Part shown: one piece after another, positions 49,103 through 58,202 of the stretch | How positions within the stretch are numbered: the first letter of the stretch is position 1 | Layout: the number at the start of each line of letters is the position of its first letter | NCBI GenBank assembly: GCA_025453395.1 | Contig: JALOQK010000006.1 | Span: forward strand, 22,539 to 86,538 | Length of the DNA stretch: 64,000 nt | From: Candidatus Omnitrophota bacterium | GTDB taxonomy: Bacteria > Omnitrophota > Gorgyraeia > Gygaellales > Profunditerraquicolaceae | Direction of reading: 5' to 3' | Position numbers and translations under genes: made by a program | Notes under the pieces: generated by a model | Databases searched by the model: none | What the model was told of the DNA's origin: nothing | Seen by the model: the letters and a program-made list of their open reading frames with translations, nothing else

Positions 49103-49630
49103 TTAAGATTTTTGCTTTAAGAATGAAATAAGATTGTGCAGGATAATAATAGGCTCTGGAGGGCAACCGGGAATATGAAGAACTACCGATCCCGTGATAG
49201 ATTGGATATCGCCTATGGCGTAATAGGAATCGCGGAAGATCCCTCCTTTTAACGCGCAATCTCCGACAGTTATGACAAATTTTGGCTCAGGCATGGAATT
49301 AAATGTTTTCTTAAGCGCAAGCGCCATATTTCTGGATACAGGCCCAGTTACTACAAGCGCATCCGCGTGACGGGGAGAAGCCACAAAATCTACGCCAAAA
49401 CGCTGAATATCATATATAGGATTGCTCAAGGCAATAAGCTCTGATTCACACGCCCCGCAGGAACCGGTATCCACTTCTCTTAAATGCAAAGACCTGCCAT
49501 AAAGTTTATGGATAATCTTCTTCAGCTGTTCCCCTGCAGAATCAATCTGGCGGCTTGATTCATCCTGCGGAAGGATAAACTTCTCTGTAAGCAGCCCCTT
49601 TTTAAAACTATTATTAATAATGTCAAACAT
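49103..49630 (-). CDS. NuoB / group-4 hydrogenase small-subunit-like Fe-S protein
   Basis: GSCGACESE, VGDCALKGG and IPGCPPEP provide the four Cys for a proximal-type [4Fe-4S] cluster. 175 aa. Confidence 0.8.
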   Translation of the reverse strand: MFDIINNSFKKGLLTEKFILPQDESSRQIDSAGEQLKKIIHKLYGRSLHLREVDTGSCGACESELIALSNPIYDIQRFGVDFVASPRHADALVVTGPVSRNMALALKKTFNSMPEPKFVITVGDCALKGGIFRDSYYAIGDIQSITGSVVLHIPGCPPEPIIILHNLISFLKQKS

Positions 49631-49635
49631 AGGAT

Positions 49636-51201
49636 TTATAAATCGTTACCCGCGTAAGATAAGTCAAAACTTTTGTTGCACACGGGGAAATCCGGGACAA
49701 TGTTTCCTAATACGGAAATTGAAAGCCCTTGCCAATTCTGAAAAGAAGGATCAACAATTTTACAGCGTTCTATTTTACCATCTGAAACCTCCAGCCAATA
49801 GATAACCGGCCCCCGAGCGCCTTCTACAGCTCCAAGAGCATGGCCCTGAACAGGAAAATTAATCTTAGGGCTTTCTAAAACGTCTGTTTGTTTAGCAAAA
49901 ACATCTATTAAGCGCAAAGACTCCTCTATTTCGTCAAGCCGCACGATTAATCGCGATAGCACATCACCTCTATCTTTTTTAACCAAGCGAAAACCTGCCT
50001 GCAGATAACCTTCAGGAAATACGCGCCTTAGATCCAAAGAAACCCCGGATGATCTGCCAGCTAAACCAACCACTCCAAAGTCCTCGGCGGTTTTCTTGCG
50101 CAATATGCCGGTTTCATCAACCCTGTCCATAAAAGACACACTGCCGTAGAGTATACCCTGCGCCTCTTTTATGTCGCGCTTAATAAGCTTTAATTCATCA
50201 AGCATATACGCGACAGCCTCTTTGTCAAAAATATTGCGCGCAAAACCCAAAGATAAAACTCCTTTAAGATACCTATGCGCTGAAAGCTTTTTATTTAATC
50301 GCAATACCCTTTCTTTAAGAACAGATATAAATTGCGCGGGAAAGCTAAAACCTACATCTAGGGCAATGCCGCTTATAGCGGTAAAGTGATTATAAATTCT
50401 TTCCAATTCTAAACAAATCGCTCTTGTGTTAAATACGCCTGATGCGATTTTAACCCCTAAGATCGCTTCAGCTGCGCGGCAGAAAGCCCAAGAATAGCCT
50501 ATTACCGAATCACCAACCACACATTCAGACAACTTTAATCCCTGCTCAAGAGTTTTTCCTTCAAAAAGTTTTTCTACTCCCCGGTGAGTAAATCCAAGGC
50601 GAAGCTCTAAGTTCACAATCGGCTCTCCGGCAACGCTAAAATGAAAGTGCCCGGGGCCGATGATCCCGGCATGCACCGGGCCAACAGGAATTTCAAATAT
50701 CCCATCGCCTTCAACCTTATTAAATTGATATTCTTTTTTAGAAACAGCTTGAACAGGCGTAAAATCTTTGCGCAAAGGCAATGTTCCTTCGGGGCAAACT
50801 TCTTCATGCAAAACAAGCGATCTTTGATCGGGATTTCCTTCTGGGATAATCCCAAACATCTCTTTTATTTGCCGCTCAAATAGCGCAGAAGAATAGATAT
50901 CACAAGCCAAAGAATCAAAACTTAAAAAGCCCTCTGCAACAGAAATAACAATAGAAACCCACAGGGGAATTTCCTTAGCCAAGAACACGCATCTTATTTC
51001 AAAATTTCCGTTTACCTGCCTTTTGTCAACGGCAAAAAGCGCCATAACCGAAGAAGAAAGCTTTGTGTGCATAAAAAGGCAGGCGGCCTTAAAATCCTCT
51101 TTGTTTATGCGCACCTCTATTTCCATGCTATTTAAAAACAATACCTCAATCGGGTTAATGTTTTTTGCGCGCAAATCCCGGATGATATTTTCTGCCTGCA
51201 T
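49636..51201 (-). CDS. fused NuoC-NuoD / hydrogenase large-subunit-like protein lacking [NiFe]-binding cysteines
   Basis: N-terminal ~150 aa are NuoC-like (30 kDa subunit). The remainder is NuoD/HycE-like (ELRLGFTHRGVEKL, VEGARGPVIYW). The N-terminal CxxC position reads LSECVVGDS, with only one Cys. The C-terminal DPCxxCxxH position reads DPSFQNWQG, with none. Confidence 0.8.
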   Translation of the reverse strand: MQAENIIRDLRAKNINPIEVLFLNSMEIEVRINKEDFKAACLFMHTKLSSSVMALFAVDKRQVNGNFEIRCVFLAKEIPLWVSIVISVAEGFLSFDSLACDIYSSALFERQIKEMFGIIPEGNPDQRSLVLHEEVCPEGTLPLRKDFTPVQAVSKKEYQFNKVEGDGIFEIPVGPVHAGIIGPGHFHFSVAGEPIVNLELRLGFTHRGVEKLFEGKTLEQGLKLSECVVGDSVIGYSWAFCRAAEAILGVKIASGVFNTRAICLELERIYNHFTAISGIALDVGFSFPAQFISVLKERVLRLNKKLSAHRYLKGVLSLGFARNIFDKEAVAYMLDELKLIKRDIKEAQGILYGSVSFMDRVDETGILRKKTAEDFGVVGLAGRSSGVSLDLRRVFPEGYLQAGFRLVKKDRGDVLSRLIVRLDEIEESLRLIDVFAKQTDVLESPKINFPVQGHALGAVEGARGPVIYWLEVSDGKIERCKIVDPSFQNWQGLSISVLGNIVPDFPVCNKSFDLSYAGNDL

Positions 51202-51202
51202 A

Positions 51203-52660
51203 TTAAACCCCTCTTATGATGTCTGTTGCCTTATTAAGCAACACCTGTGCCTGCGGCAACAAACCCAATCCGAATAAAACAAGATACAAAGATAAAATAA
51301 TGAAAACTATTTTTACACTTAGCGCATCTTGAGAAGGTTCAATGGTTTTTGGCTTATTACCAAAAACTACTCTACCCAAATGCAGCAACAACCCCGCGAA
51401 TACAATTGCCATGGATAAAAGAAATAGCGCGGTCAACAGAAAATACTTTTGCGCTAAGGCAGCAACTAATATGGTGATTTTACTAGCAAAAATCGCAAAT
51501 GGCGGCATGCCAATGATAGCAAACATTCCGATTAAAACCACTACTCCTGTAAAAGGCATCACCTCAAGAACCCCTTGTATCAAGTTCATATTATGCGTCT
51601 TGTATTTCTTAACAATATTTCCGGCAGAAAAGAATAAAAGCGACTTAGCGCAGGCATGGTTAAAACAGTGAAACAAAGCCCCCAGAATCGCAAGCGGTGT
51701 CCCTATCCCAAAGCCAAAAACAATGATCCCGACATTTTCTATACTACTATAGGCTAAAAGCCGCTTGATATCTTTTTGCGCCAGCATAAATAGGCTTGCC
51801 ACAGCTATGGAAAATATTCCCGCGTAGAGCATCACCGTAAAAGCAAAATTTACCTCTAATGATTTATCCACGATGATCACAAAGCGCAAGATAGCGTAAA
51901 TAGATGTCTTTAGCAAAACGCCTGACAATAACGCGCTAATAGGGGTCATGGCTTGGCTATGCGCGTCCGGAAGCCATGTATGCATGGGAACTAATCCTGC
52001 CTTAGTGCCATAACCCACAAAGACAAATAAAAACGCAACCACTAATAATCTATGGTCAAGCTGAGCGGCAACGCTTACTATATCAGACCAATTCAAGCTT
52101 CTTATTCCGGCATGAAGCACCACATTGTAATACAATAATACTGTACCTAAGAGAGCGATAGTAATACCCACCGAACAAATAATAAGATACTTCCATGCTG
52201 CTTCCACTGAAGTTTTATTATTATAAAATCCTACCAGAAACGTAGAGGCAAGTGTCGTCATTTCAATGGCCACCCAAAGATGCCCCAGATTATCTACTAA
52301 AGTGGCAACAAGCATGCTAAAGACAAAAATATGGAAGAAGAAATAATATAAAGACTTCTTACGGGCGCTTAACTCTCCTTCTTCGGTATGCTCAAGATAA
52401 CCTTTAGAGTAAACAAGCGCCCAAAGGCTAACCCAGGTGATCAACAAAACAAAAAACACGCTTAACGCGTCGGCGCGCAGTAATCTTTCAAACACCACAA
52501 CCGGTTGCTTAACACAAATAGTATAGGCAAGGCCCATGCCCAATGCCAACATGGCCGCGTATAAAAAAACATTTATTAGCGCCAGCAAGCGTTTATTACG
52601 CAAAACCAATGAAAAGCATGCTGCCAAGAAAGGAAACGCTATTAAACAAACAAGTAACAT
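51203..52660 (-). CDS. NuoM/HyfF/MrpD-like antiporter-type membrane subunit
   Basis: KRLLAYSSIENVGIIVFGFG and the conserved TM core of complex-I antiporter-like subunits, 485 aa. Confidence 0.8.
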   Translation of the reverse strand: MLLVCLIAFPFLAACFSLVLRNKRLLALINVFLYAAMLALGMGLAYTICVKQPVVVFERLLRADALSVFFVLLITWVSLWALVYSKGYLEHTEEGELSARKKSLYYFFFHIFVFSMLVATLVDNLGHLWVAIEMTTLASTFLVGFYNNKTSVEAAWKYLIICSVGITIALLGTVLLYYNVVLHAGIRSLNWSDIVSVAAQLDHRLLVVAFLFVFVGYGTKAGLVPMHTWLPDAHSQAMTPISALLSGVLLKTSIYAILRFVIIVDKSLEVNFAFTVMLYAGIFSIAVASLFMLAQKDIKRLLAYSSIENVGIIVFGFGIGTPLAILGALFHCFNHACAKSLLFFSAGNIVKKYKTHNMNLIQGVLEVMPFTGVVVLIGMFAIIGMPPFAIFASKITILVAALAQKYFLLTALFLLSMAIVFAGLLLHLGRVVFGNKPKTIEPSQDALSVKIVFIILSLYLVLFGLGLLPQAQVLLNKATDIIRGV

Positions 52661-52665
52661 CTTAC

Positions 52666-53301
52666 TTAACCCCTAAGCTGCGTTAAACGATTAACATCAA
52701 TATGGGTAAAAAGCCTATTTATCCGGTATAAAAATATCCCGGTAATAATAACACAAACAAATACGTCAAAGAATATGGCGATCTCCACGAAAAATGGCAT
52801 ACCGTCGGTAATTGCCGCGGCCAGAAGAAAGATCCCATTCTCCATGGTAAGTAACCCCACGATCTGAGTAATCGCCTTGGCTCTAAAGACCATAATAAAG
52901 AATCCAATAAACATAGTGACCATGGCAATAATAAGCGATATGCAGATAAGCGGGTCCTGATTGCGCAAAACTATTATCGCGAATAAAGAAGATACGAATG
53001 TAAACAATAACGCTGCCACCAAAGAAAGAAGCGGATTCATAAATAACCCCAAAGACTCATCAATATTTATTTTTTCCATAAGCCTTCTTAAATAATACGG
53101 AATGCCAAGCACTTTTATCATGACCAATAATACCGAGACAATATAAATCTCTAAATTCGCCGCTTTATAGGCAAAGGAAAAAGTTACAAGCGCCAAAAAC
53201 AATGATTGCAGGCGGAAACTTCTTATTAAGGCAGTTACCCTGCGGGTAATTACCATAGAATAAGCAAACATCATCATCCCCAATAAAAACGCATACATCA
53301 T
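52666..53301 (-). CDS. HyfE/NuoK-class small polytopic membrane subunit
   Basis: 211 aa with 6-7 TM helices. Assigned by position and size within the operon. Confidence 0.45.
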   Translation of the reverse strand: MMYAFLLGMMMFAYSMVITRRVTALIRSFRLQSLFLALVTFSFAYKAANLEIYIVSVLLVMIKVLGIPYYLRRLMEKINIDESLGLFMNPLLSLVAALLFTFVSSLFAIIVLRNQDPLICISLIIAMVTMFIGFFIMVFRAKAITQIVGLLTMENGIFLLAAAITDGMPFFVEIAIFFDVFVCVIITGIFLYRINRLFTHIDVNRLTQLRG

Positions 53302-53303
53302 CT

Positions 53304-54224
53304 TTATACTCCAAGCCTTGCCATGACTAACGCTAAAATAGAAAGCAAGAAACTAAAGCCTAAGAAATCTACCGCCCTAAAAAGGCGCATCTTGGCAAGC
53401 ATGATCTCTAATACGCTTATCGCAAAACCAATGCAAAATATTTTACCCATAAACCAAACAGCGGAAACAAGATAAACCTGCAAAGGATCCTGTAAAGAAA
53501 CCGGAAACGGCCAAAGAATACTAGCTAGCACAGAAAAGAAAAGCATCTGTTTTATATGCGCGCTTAATTCTAAGATGGCAAGAGACCTTCCCGAATACTC
53601 AAGAAGCATCGCTTCATGTATCATGGTCAATTCAAGATGAGTTTCTTGATTATCAACCGGAATCCGCGAAGTTTCCGCGATCACCACCAACAATAAAGAA
53701 ACAGAAGCAACTAATATCGATACAGGAGTATTTACCAAACTAAGCGCGGACGGTAAATTAAGGCTTCCGGATTTTAACCCCACTACCGCTATCGCGCTAA
53801 TCGCTACTGGTTCAGCTAAACTAGATATAAACATATCTCTGGAAGAACCCATTCCACCAAAAGAACTACCGGTGTCAAGGCCTGCTAAAACAAGAAAAAA
53901 CCTCCCTAGGGAAAGAAAAAAGAAAAGCGCCAACACTCCTCCAATAGCCGAAATCCCGCAAGAAAAATGAAACACCGGCACAAACAAAAACGCAGTTACA
54001 ACAGACGCCAGGACTATATAAGGAGAGGCGCGGAAAATAACAGAAGCATGCTGGGGGATTACCTCTTCTTTGGCAAAATACTTAAACATATTATAGTAAG
54101 GCTGTAAGACAGGGCTTCCTTTACGCATGTGAAGCGAATTCTTTAGCTTTCGCATAATCCCGCTTAAAAAAGGCGAAATCACGATAAGAATAATGATCTG
54201 CAGGAAGAAAAATAAAATTTCCAT
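53304..54224 (-). CDS. NuoH/HycD-like membrane subunit
   Basis: PVLQPYYNMFKYFAKEEV matches the conserved NuoH/HycD loop (Q-P-x-x-D/N-x-x-K-x-x-x-KE). 306 aa. Confidence 0.8.
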   Translation of the reverse strand: MEILFFFLQIIILIVISPFLSGIMRKLKNSLHMRKGSPVLQPYYNMFKYFAKEEVIPQHASVIFRASPYIVLASVVTAFLFVPVFHFSCGISAIGGVLALFFFLSLGRFFLVLAGLDTGSSFGGMGSSRDMFISSLAEPVAISAIAVVGLKSGSLNLPSALSLVNTPVSILVASVSLLLVVIAETSRIPVDNQETHLELTMIHEAMLLEYSGRSLAILELSAHIKQMLFFSVLASILWPFPVSLQDPLQVYLVSAVWFMGKIFCIGFAISVLEIMLAKMRLFRAVDFLGFSFLLSILALVMARLGV

Positions 54225-54227
54225 ATT

Positions 54228-56090
54228 TTATCTTGTTAAAATAAAGACCATGACCCCGATAAACATAACTAAGATATACCCCAAATACCAATGGACGCTG
54301 CCCATCTGAAACAATTTAATGCGCTTAGCCGCTAGGAAAAACCCCCTTACTAAAGGCAGATAAAAATATTCCTTAAATACAGGGATAGTGCCTACTTCAT
54401 ATTTAAAACTTTTCACGTGATAATATGATTCCCTTAACTTCTCCACTTTTCTCTGGGGCAAGAAAAAGAAACTAAAGGCAATCCTAAAAGGCTTGGAAAA
54501 AGCTGTGGCAGTGTATTCGTTGCGCGCGGTCAACTTATAATAACCGCAATCCCAGGTTGAAGCGCGGGTCACCTTTGAAGGGCCAGCCAATATTCTGATT
54601 AAAAAATACACAAATAATAAAACCCCAATAAAAACGCCACCAATTAGCGGCATATTCAATAATGTTCCGGAAACTAAAATATTTTGCGTATCCACAATAG
54701 GCTGAGACGCTGTACCAATAATTCCTTGCGCTACCTGATTTAGGATTTGCCAAACAAAAGACGCAAACAGGCTCAAAACCAAAATCCCAACTGCCAATAT
54801 CCCCATTCCAATTTTCATACTCAAATTAATTTCCGCGGCTTGCTGGGCGCGCGCACTGCGTGGCATAGCTAGAAACCCAATACCAAAACATCTTACAAAA
54901 CAAGCTGCGGCCAAACCGCCTGTAACCGCTAAGCAGGCCATCATCATCACAAAAAATATTTTATACGCTCCAGTCAAAGAAACTGCCGCGCCAAAAAGGC
55001 TCTGCAATATCAACCATTCGCTGACAAAACCATTAAAAGGCGGAATCCCGGATATGGCAAGCGCGCCAACCAAGAAAAATCCGGCAGTCCAAGGCATAAG
55101 TTTTATCAAGCCGCCCATTTTCTCCAAGTCGCGCGTTCCGGTTGCTTTATAGACACTACCCGCGCCTAAGAAAAGAAGCCCCTTAAATACCGCGTGATTT
55201 AATAAATGAAATAACCCTGCGGCGCAGGCAATTACTGCAAGGACGTTTTGCTGTTTATACATAAGGACCATACTTGCGCCGATACCCAAAAGGATGATCC
55301 CTATATTCTCAACGCTTGAATAGGCCAATAATTTCTTGATATCGCGCTCCAAAAGAGCGTACATGACGCCTACTAAACAAGTTAATCCTGCCAAAAATAA
55401 AACACTTACTCCCCACCAAACTTGCGGCACTCCTAACATCCCTAAGGCTATTCTTAAGAAACCATAGATCGCAACTTTAATCATAACTCCAGACATAATA
55501 CTTGAAATATGCGACGGGGCTTGGGGATGTGCCAGGGGCAACCAGATATGAAGCGGAACAATCCCGGCTTTAGTTCCAAAACCAATCAGGAAGAATAGAA
55601 AAAGTATATTTTTAACGCCTAAAGGGATCAGGGGAATGCAATTTTTTACTGCAGTAAAATCAAACGACCCGGCGTAACCATAGATGATGATAAAACCTGC
55701 TGCTAAGAATGCAGTACCCACATGCGTCATTAGTAAATAAACCAACCCTGCGTCAACAGACTGATGGTGCTGGTGGTCAAAAACTACAAGAAAATATGAA
55801 ACTAACGACATTAATTCCCAAGCAAAAAGAAAAGCTAACAGATTAGAGACACATACAACTAGGGCCATGGATAAAATAAACAAAAGCGCCAACACAGTTA
55901 TCACAAATAACCGCATAGGCGCGTAATGTCCTTTTAAATACCCATAAGAATAGACTAAGGCTGGAACCGATACGATGGATAATACGGACAGAAATAGTAC
56001 AGAAAGAAAATCTATATGGAAGCTAATGTTATTTAATAGCCACATGATATTAAAAGCATAAGCGGGTGGCTTTGGGGATTCCATAACCAC
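54228..56090 (-). CDS. NuoL/HyfB/MrpA-like antiporter-type membrane subunit
   Basis: LFAWELMSLVSYFLVVF, KKLLAYSSVENIGIILLG and AVFKGLLFLGAGSV over 620 aa. Confidence 0.8.
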   Translation of the reverse strand: MVMESPKPPAYAFNIMWLLNNISFHIDFLSVLFLSVLSIVSVPALVYSYGYLKGHYAPMRLFVITVLALLFILSMALVVCVSNLLAFLFAWELMSLVSYFLVVFDHQHHQSVDAGLVYLLMTHVGTAFLAAGFIIIYGYAGSFDFTAVKNCIPLIPLGVKNILFLFFLIGFGTKAGIVPLHIWLPLAHPQAPSHISSIMSGVMIKVAIYGFLRIALGMLGVPQVWWGVSVLFLAGLTCLVGVMYALLERDIKKLLAYSSVENIGIILLGIGASMVLMYKQQNVLAVIACAAGLFHLLNHAVFKGLLFLGAGSVYKATGTRDLEKMGGLIKLMPWTAGFFLVGALAISGIPPFNGFVSEWLILQSLFGAAVSLTGAYKIFFVMMMACLAVTGGLAAACFVRCFGIGFLAMPRSARAQQAAEINLSMKIGMGILAVGILVLSLFASFVWQILNQVAQGIIGTASQPIVDTQNILVSGTLLNMPLIGGVFIGVLLFVYFLIRILAGPSKVTRASTWDCGYYKLTARNEYTATAFSKPFRIAFSFFFLPQRKVEKLRESYYHVKSFKYEVGTIPVFKEYFYLPLVRGFFLAAKRIKLFQMGSVHWYLGYILVMFIGVMVFILTR

Positions 56091-56165
56091 CCGCTTATAT
56101 TAGTATTTAATTTTGTTGCCTTTATTATACCGCCGGAGAAGATTTTGTCAAGTAGGATCCCTAAA

Positions 56166-56465
56166 CTAATTTGGCATCTTGTGTTTCATCGGGCTTTCTG
56201 GCATAGGCATATTGTTTTGCCTATTCACATCCGTTTTTGAACACCCTATCTGCCCCATAGAAGCCTTGTTAAAATGATAAAATGTCTTTACTACTTTGAA
56301 AAATACCCCTGCCGCGCACAGCCACAAAAGCACCGCTATTGTATAACCGAATGCCTTCATTGCTTGCGCGTCCTGTTTTCGGGCAACCACAAGCACAAAG
56401 AAACTTACCGCCAAAATCACCACCGTATGAAGAAATAAAAATGTTCCGCTTTGTGTCATGCACAT
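56166..56465 (-). CDS. small 2-TM membrane protein, hypothetical
   Basis: The ORF is open to 56570 but overlaps the upstream nuclease gene, so I place the start at MCMTQ. Two hydrophobic helices and a His/Met/Pro-rich C-terminus (MPMPESPMKHKMPN). Confidence 0.35.
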   Translation of the reverse strand: MCMTQSGTFLFLHTVVILAVSFFVLVVARKQDAQAMKAFGYTIAVLLWLCAAGVFFKVVKTFYHFNKASMGQIGCSKTDVNRQNNMPMPESPMKHKMPN

Positions 56466-56482
56466 TTCTTCGCCCCTTTCTC

Positions 56483-57238
56483 TTAACTGCCAACTTCTTT
56501 TAAAGATCTTTGATAAGTACAAAAGTCGCAATCCGCGCTGTATGTAGGCAAAACTCCACTTGTTAAACATTCACGCATCTTAAAGATCACCGGCTCAACC
56601 CAAGCATCATTACCTTCATAAGGAATAATCTTGATATCAAATTCTAATTTTGCGTCAAATGTATCCTTGCCGGTATTGCCATTACAATAAACAAAATATC
56701 CGGTTGGAGAAACTTTAAAGTTATTCTTTCGGAACAACCACTGATAAATTTCCATCTGCCTTTTATAGGAAATCTGCCAATCCGCATCTAAAGTTACCTC
56801 TTCATCCTTAGAAGTACTTTTGTAATCAACGATAAATAATTCTCCTGCAGGCCCCACCCAGACATCATCAATACCGCCGCCGATCAAAAGATTAGTTGGC
56901 ACATGCAAATATTCTATCCCGCCGCGCAGCGCATCTCGCCATAAATCCAGATCTTTATGCTGAAAGGGAATCGCTCTTACCCCAAATTTATCCATCAGAG
57001 GATGAACCTTCTTTTGCCCCCGGTAAAGATCAAATTCTTTTTTTAAAAGCTTATCTACCGCGGAATTCAAAGCAAACGGATACCCCGGAGGCTGGCCCAA
57101 ACCCAATCTTCTATCCAGATAAAAACAACGCGGGCAATTCACAAAAAGCTCTACCTTGGAACGGCTAAGCCGAAAAGGATATTTACTTTGCGGATCAAAT
57201 AAATTCTTAGTCCTTCTTCCGGTATAATATTTAGACAT
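56483..57238 (-). CDS. PD-(D/E)xK nuclease, Cas4/RecB-family with Cys cluster
   Basis: Motif II GGIDDVW, motif III IVDYKST (D-x-K), a QxxxY motif (YKRQMEIYQW), an N-terminal CPRC and a C-terminal C...CDFC. This is the Cas4-like Fe-S nuclease arrangement. Confidence 0.6.
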   Translation of the reverse strand: MSKYYTGRRTKNLFDPQSKYPFRLSRSKVELFVNCPRCFYLDRRLGLGQPPGYPFALNSAVDKLLKKEFDLYRGQKKVHPLMDKFGVRAIPFQHKDLDLWRDALRGGIEYLHVPTNLLIGGGIDDVWVGPAGELFIVDYKSTSKDEEVTLDADWQISYKRQMEIYQWLFRKNNFKVSPTGYFVYCNGNTGKDTFDAKLEFDIKIIPYEGNDAWVEPVIFKMRECLTSGVLPTYSADCDFCTYQRSLKEVGS

Positions 57239-57241
57239 GCG

Positions 57242-57679
57242 TTATTTTTGCACTTTCTCCCAAAGCTCTATGCCACCTGGGATTTGATCAAATAAAGGAT
57301 TTAACTTTATTCGTTTAACTTTTAAAATTTCCTTAAAGCGGGCCTTATCTCTTTTCTTTGATTTAACTGCAAAATGCCTTAATTCAAAAACAACCTGCCC
57401 ACGTAAAACTTTTATTGGCTTAACCCTTTTATTAGGCTTAAATATCTTATCCTTCTGAAAATTATAACCTCTTAAGGTTGCTTCCTTATATATATTGTAT
57501 AGATAAAATCCGATTGCCTCAAGAGGTTTCGCATGCTGACGAAATCTTATAAGCTGGGGATGATTCTTATAACCTTTGGTCTTGCCAGAAAGGACCTTTT
57601 GCGCAAGAAGCGCTTCTCTCCATACGGCAAGTAATCCCTTTGTATCAAGATATTCCGGATGAATACTCCATAATCGCAT
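57242..57679 (-). CDS. pyrimidine dimer DNA glycosylase / endonuclease V-like (Pyr_excise family)
   Basis: N-terminus MRLWSIHPEYLDTKGLLAVWREALLAQKVL matches the conserved start of the T4 endoV-like Pdg family. 145 aa. Confidence 0.65.
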   Translation of the reverse strand: MRLWSIHPEYLDTKGLLAVWREALLAQKVLSGKTKGYKNHPQLIRFRQHAKPLEAIGFYLYNIYKEATLRGYNFQKDKIFKPNKRVKPIKVLRGQVVFELRHFAVKSKKRDKARFKEILKVKRIKLNPLFDQIPGGIELWEKVQK

Positions 57680-57710
57680 GTTGATATTATAAAGCTGGAT
57701 GGAACAGGCA

Positions 57711-58202
57711 TCAAGAAGATTTGGCAGGAAGAAATTTACTTAAAGCATAGAACAGTAAAACCAGCACTAAAGAATAAACTGCGATGTTAACTTTTTTTCT
57801 ACTTAAAGGATGAGTAATCGGGCTACCGGAAGCTATTTTTATTATCCCTGAAGCATGAATATCCAAATCTCCTCCATGCTCCCGGCAGGCTCGGTGAAAC
57901 GTTCCGGAAACTTCTACGATATCGCCTTTTTTCTGATAATCCCCTGCAAATTGAATGTTCTGAACCATTGCCTTGGGAACCCAAATACCAATGGCGATAA
58001 CGCCATCGTTTACATGCACCCAAGCGTAATCTTTGCGGATCATTATATCGCCTATAACTTCTCCTTTATAACTAACTATTTTACCCTCGTACTCTTTAGC
58101 ATTATTTATCAAATCCATACTTGTGAGTACCTGGGCATAACAATCAGCGCAAAGAACAGCCAGCATTAAACATAGCATCATAAAAAAGAGATAATTTTTC
58201 AT
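57711..58202 (-). CDS. secreted protein with C-terminal membrane anchor, hypothetical
   Basis: Start taken at MKNYLFFMMLCLMLAVLCADCYA (signal peptide), which abuts the trkH stop. C-terminal TM VNIAVYSLVLVLLFYAL. Confidence 0.4.
   Translation of the reverse strand: MKNYLFFMMLCLMLAVLCADCYAQVLTSMDLINNAKEYEGKIVSYKGEVIGDIMIRKDYAWVHVNDGVIAIGIWVPKAMVQNIQFAGDYQKKGDIVEVSGTFHRACREHGGDLDIHASGIIKIASGSPITHPLSRKKVNIAVYSLVLVLLFYALSKFLPAKSS

Noticed and set aside
49636-51201. Calling the NuoCD-like protein a [NiFe] hydrogenase large subunit (formate hydrogenlyase / Ech).
   Set aside because: Both Ni-ligand motifs are missing: the N-terminal CxxC reads ECVVGD, and the C-terminal DPCxxC reads DPSFQNW. No hyp maturation genes or HycF-like subunit are present, so a hydrogenase call is not supported.
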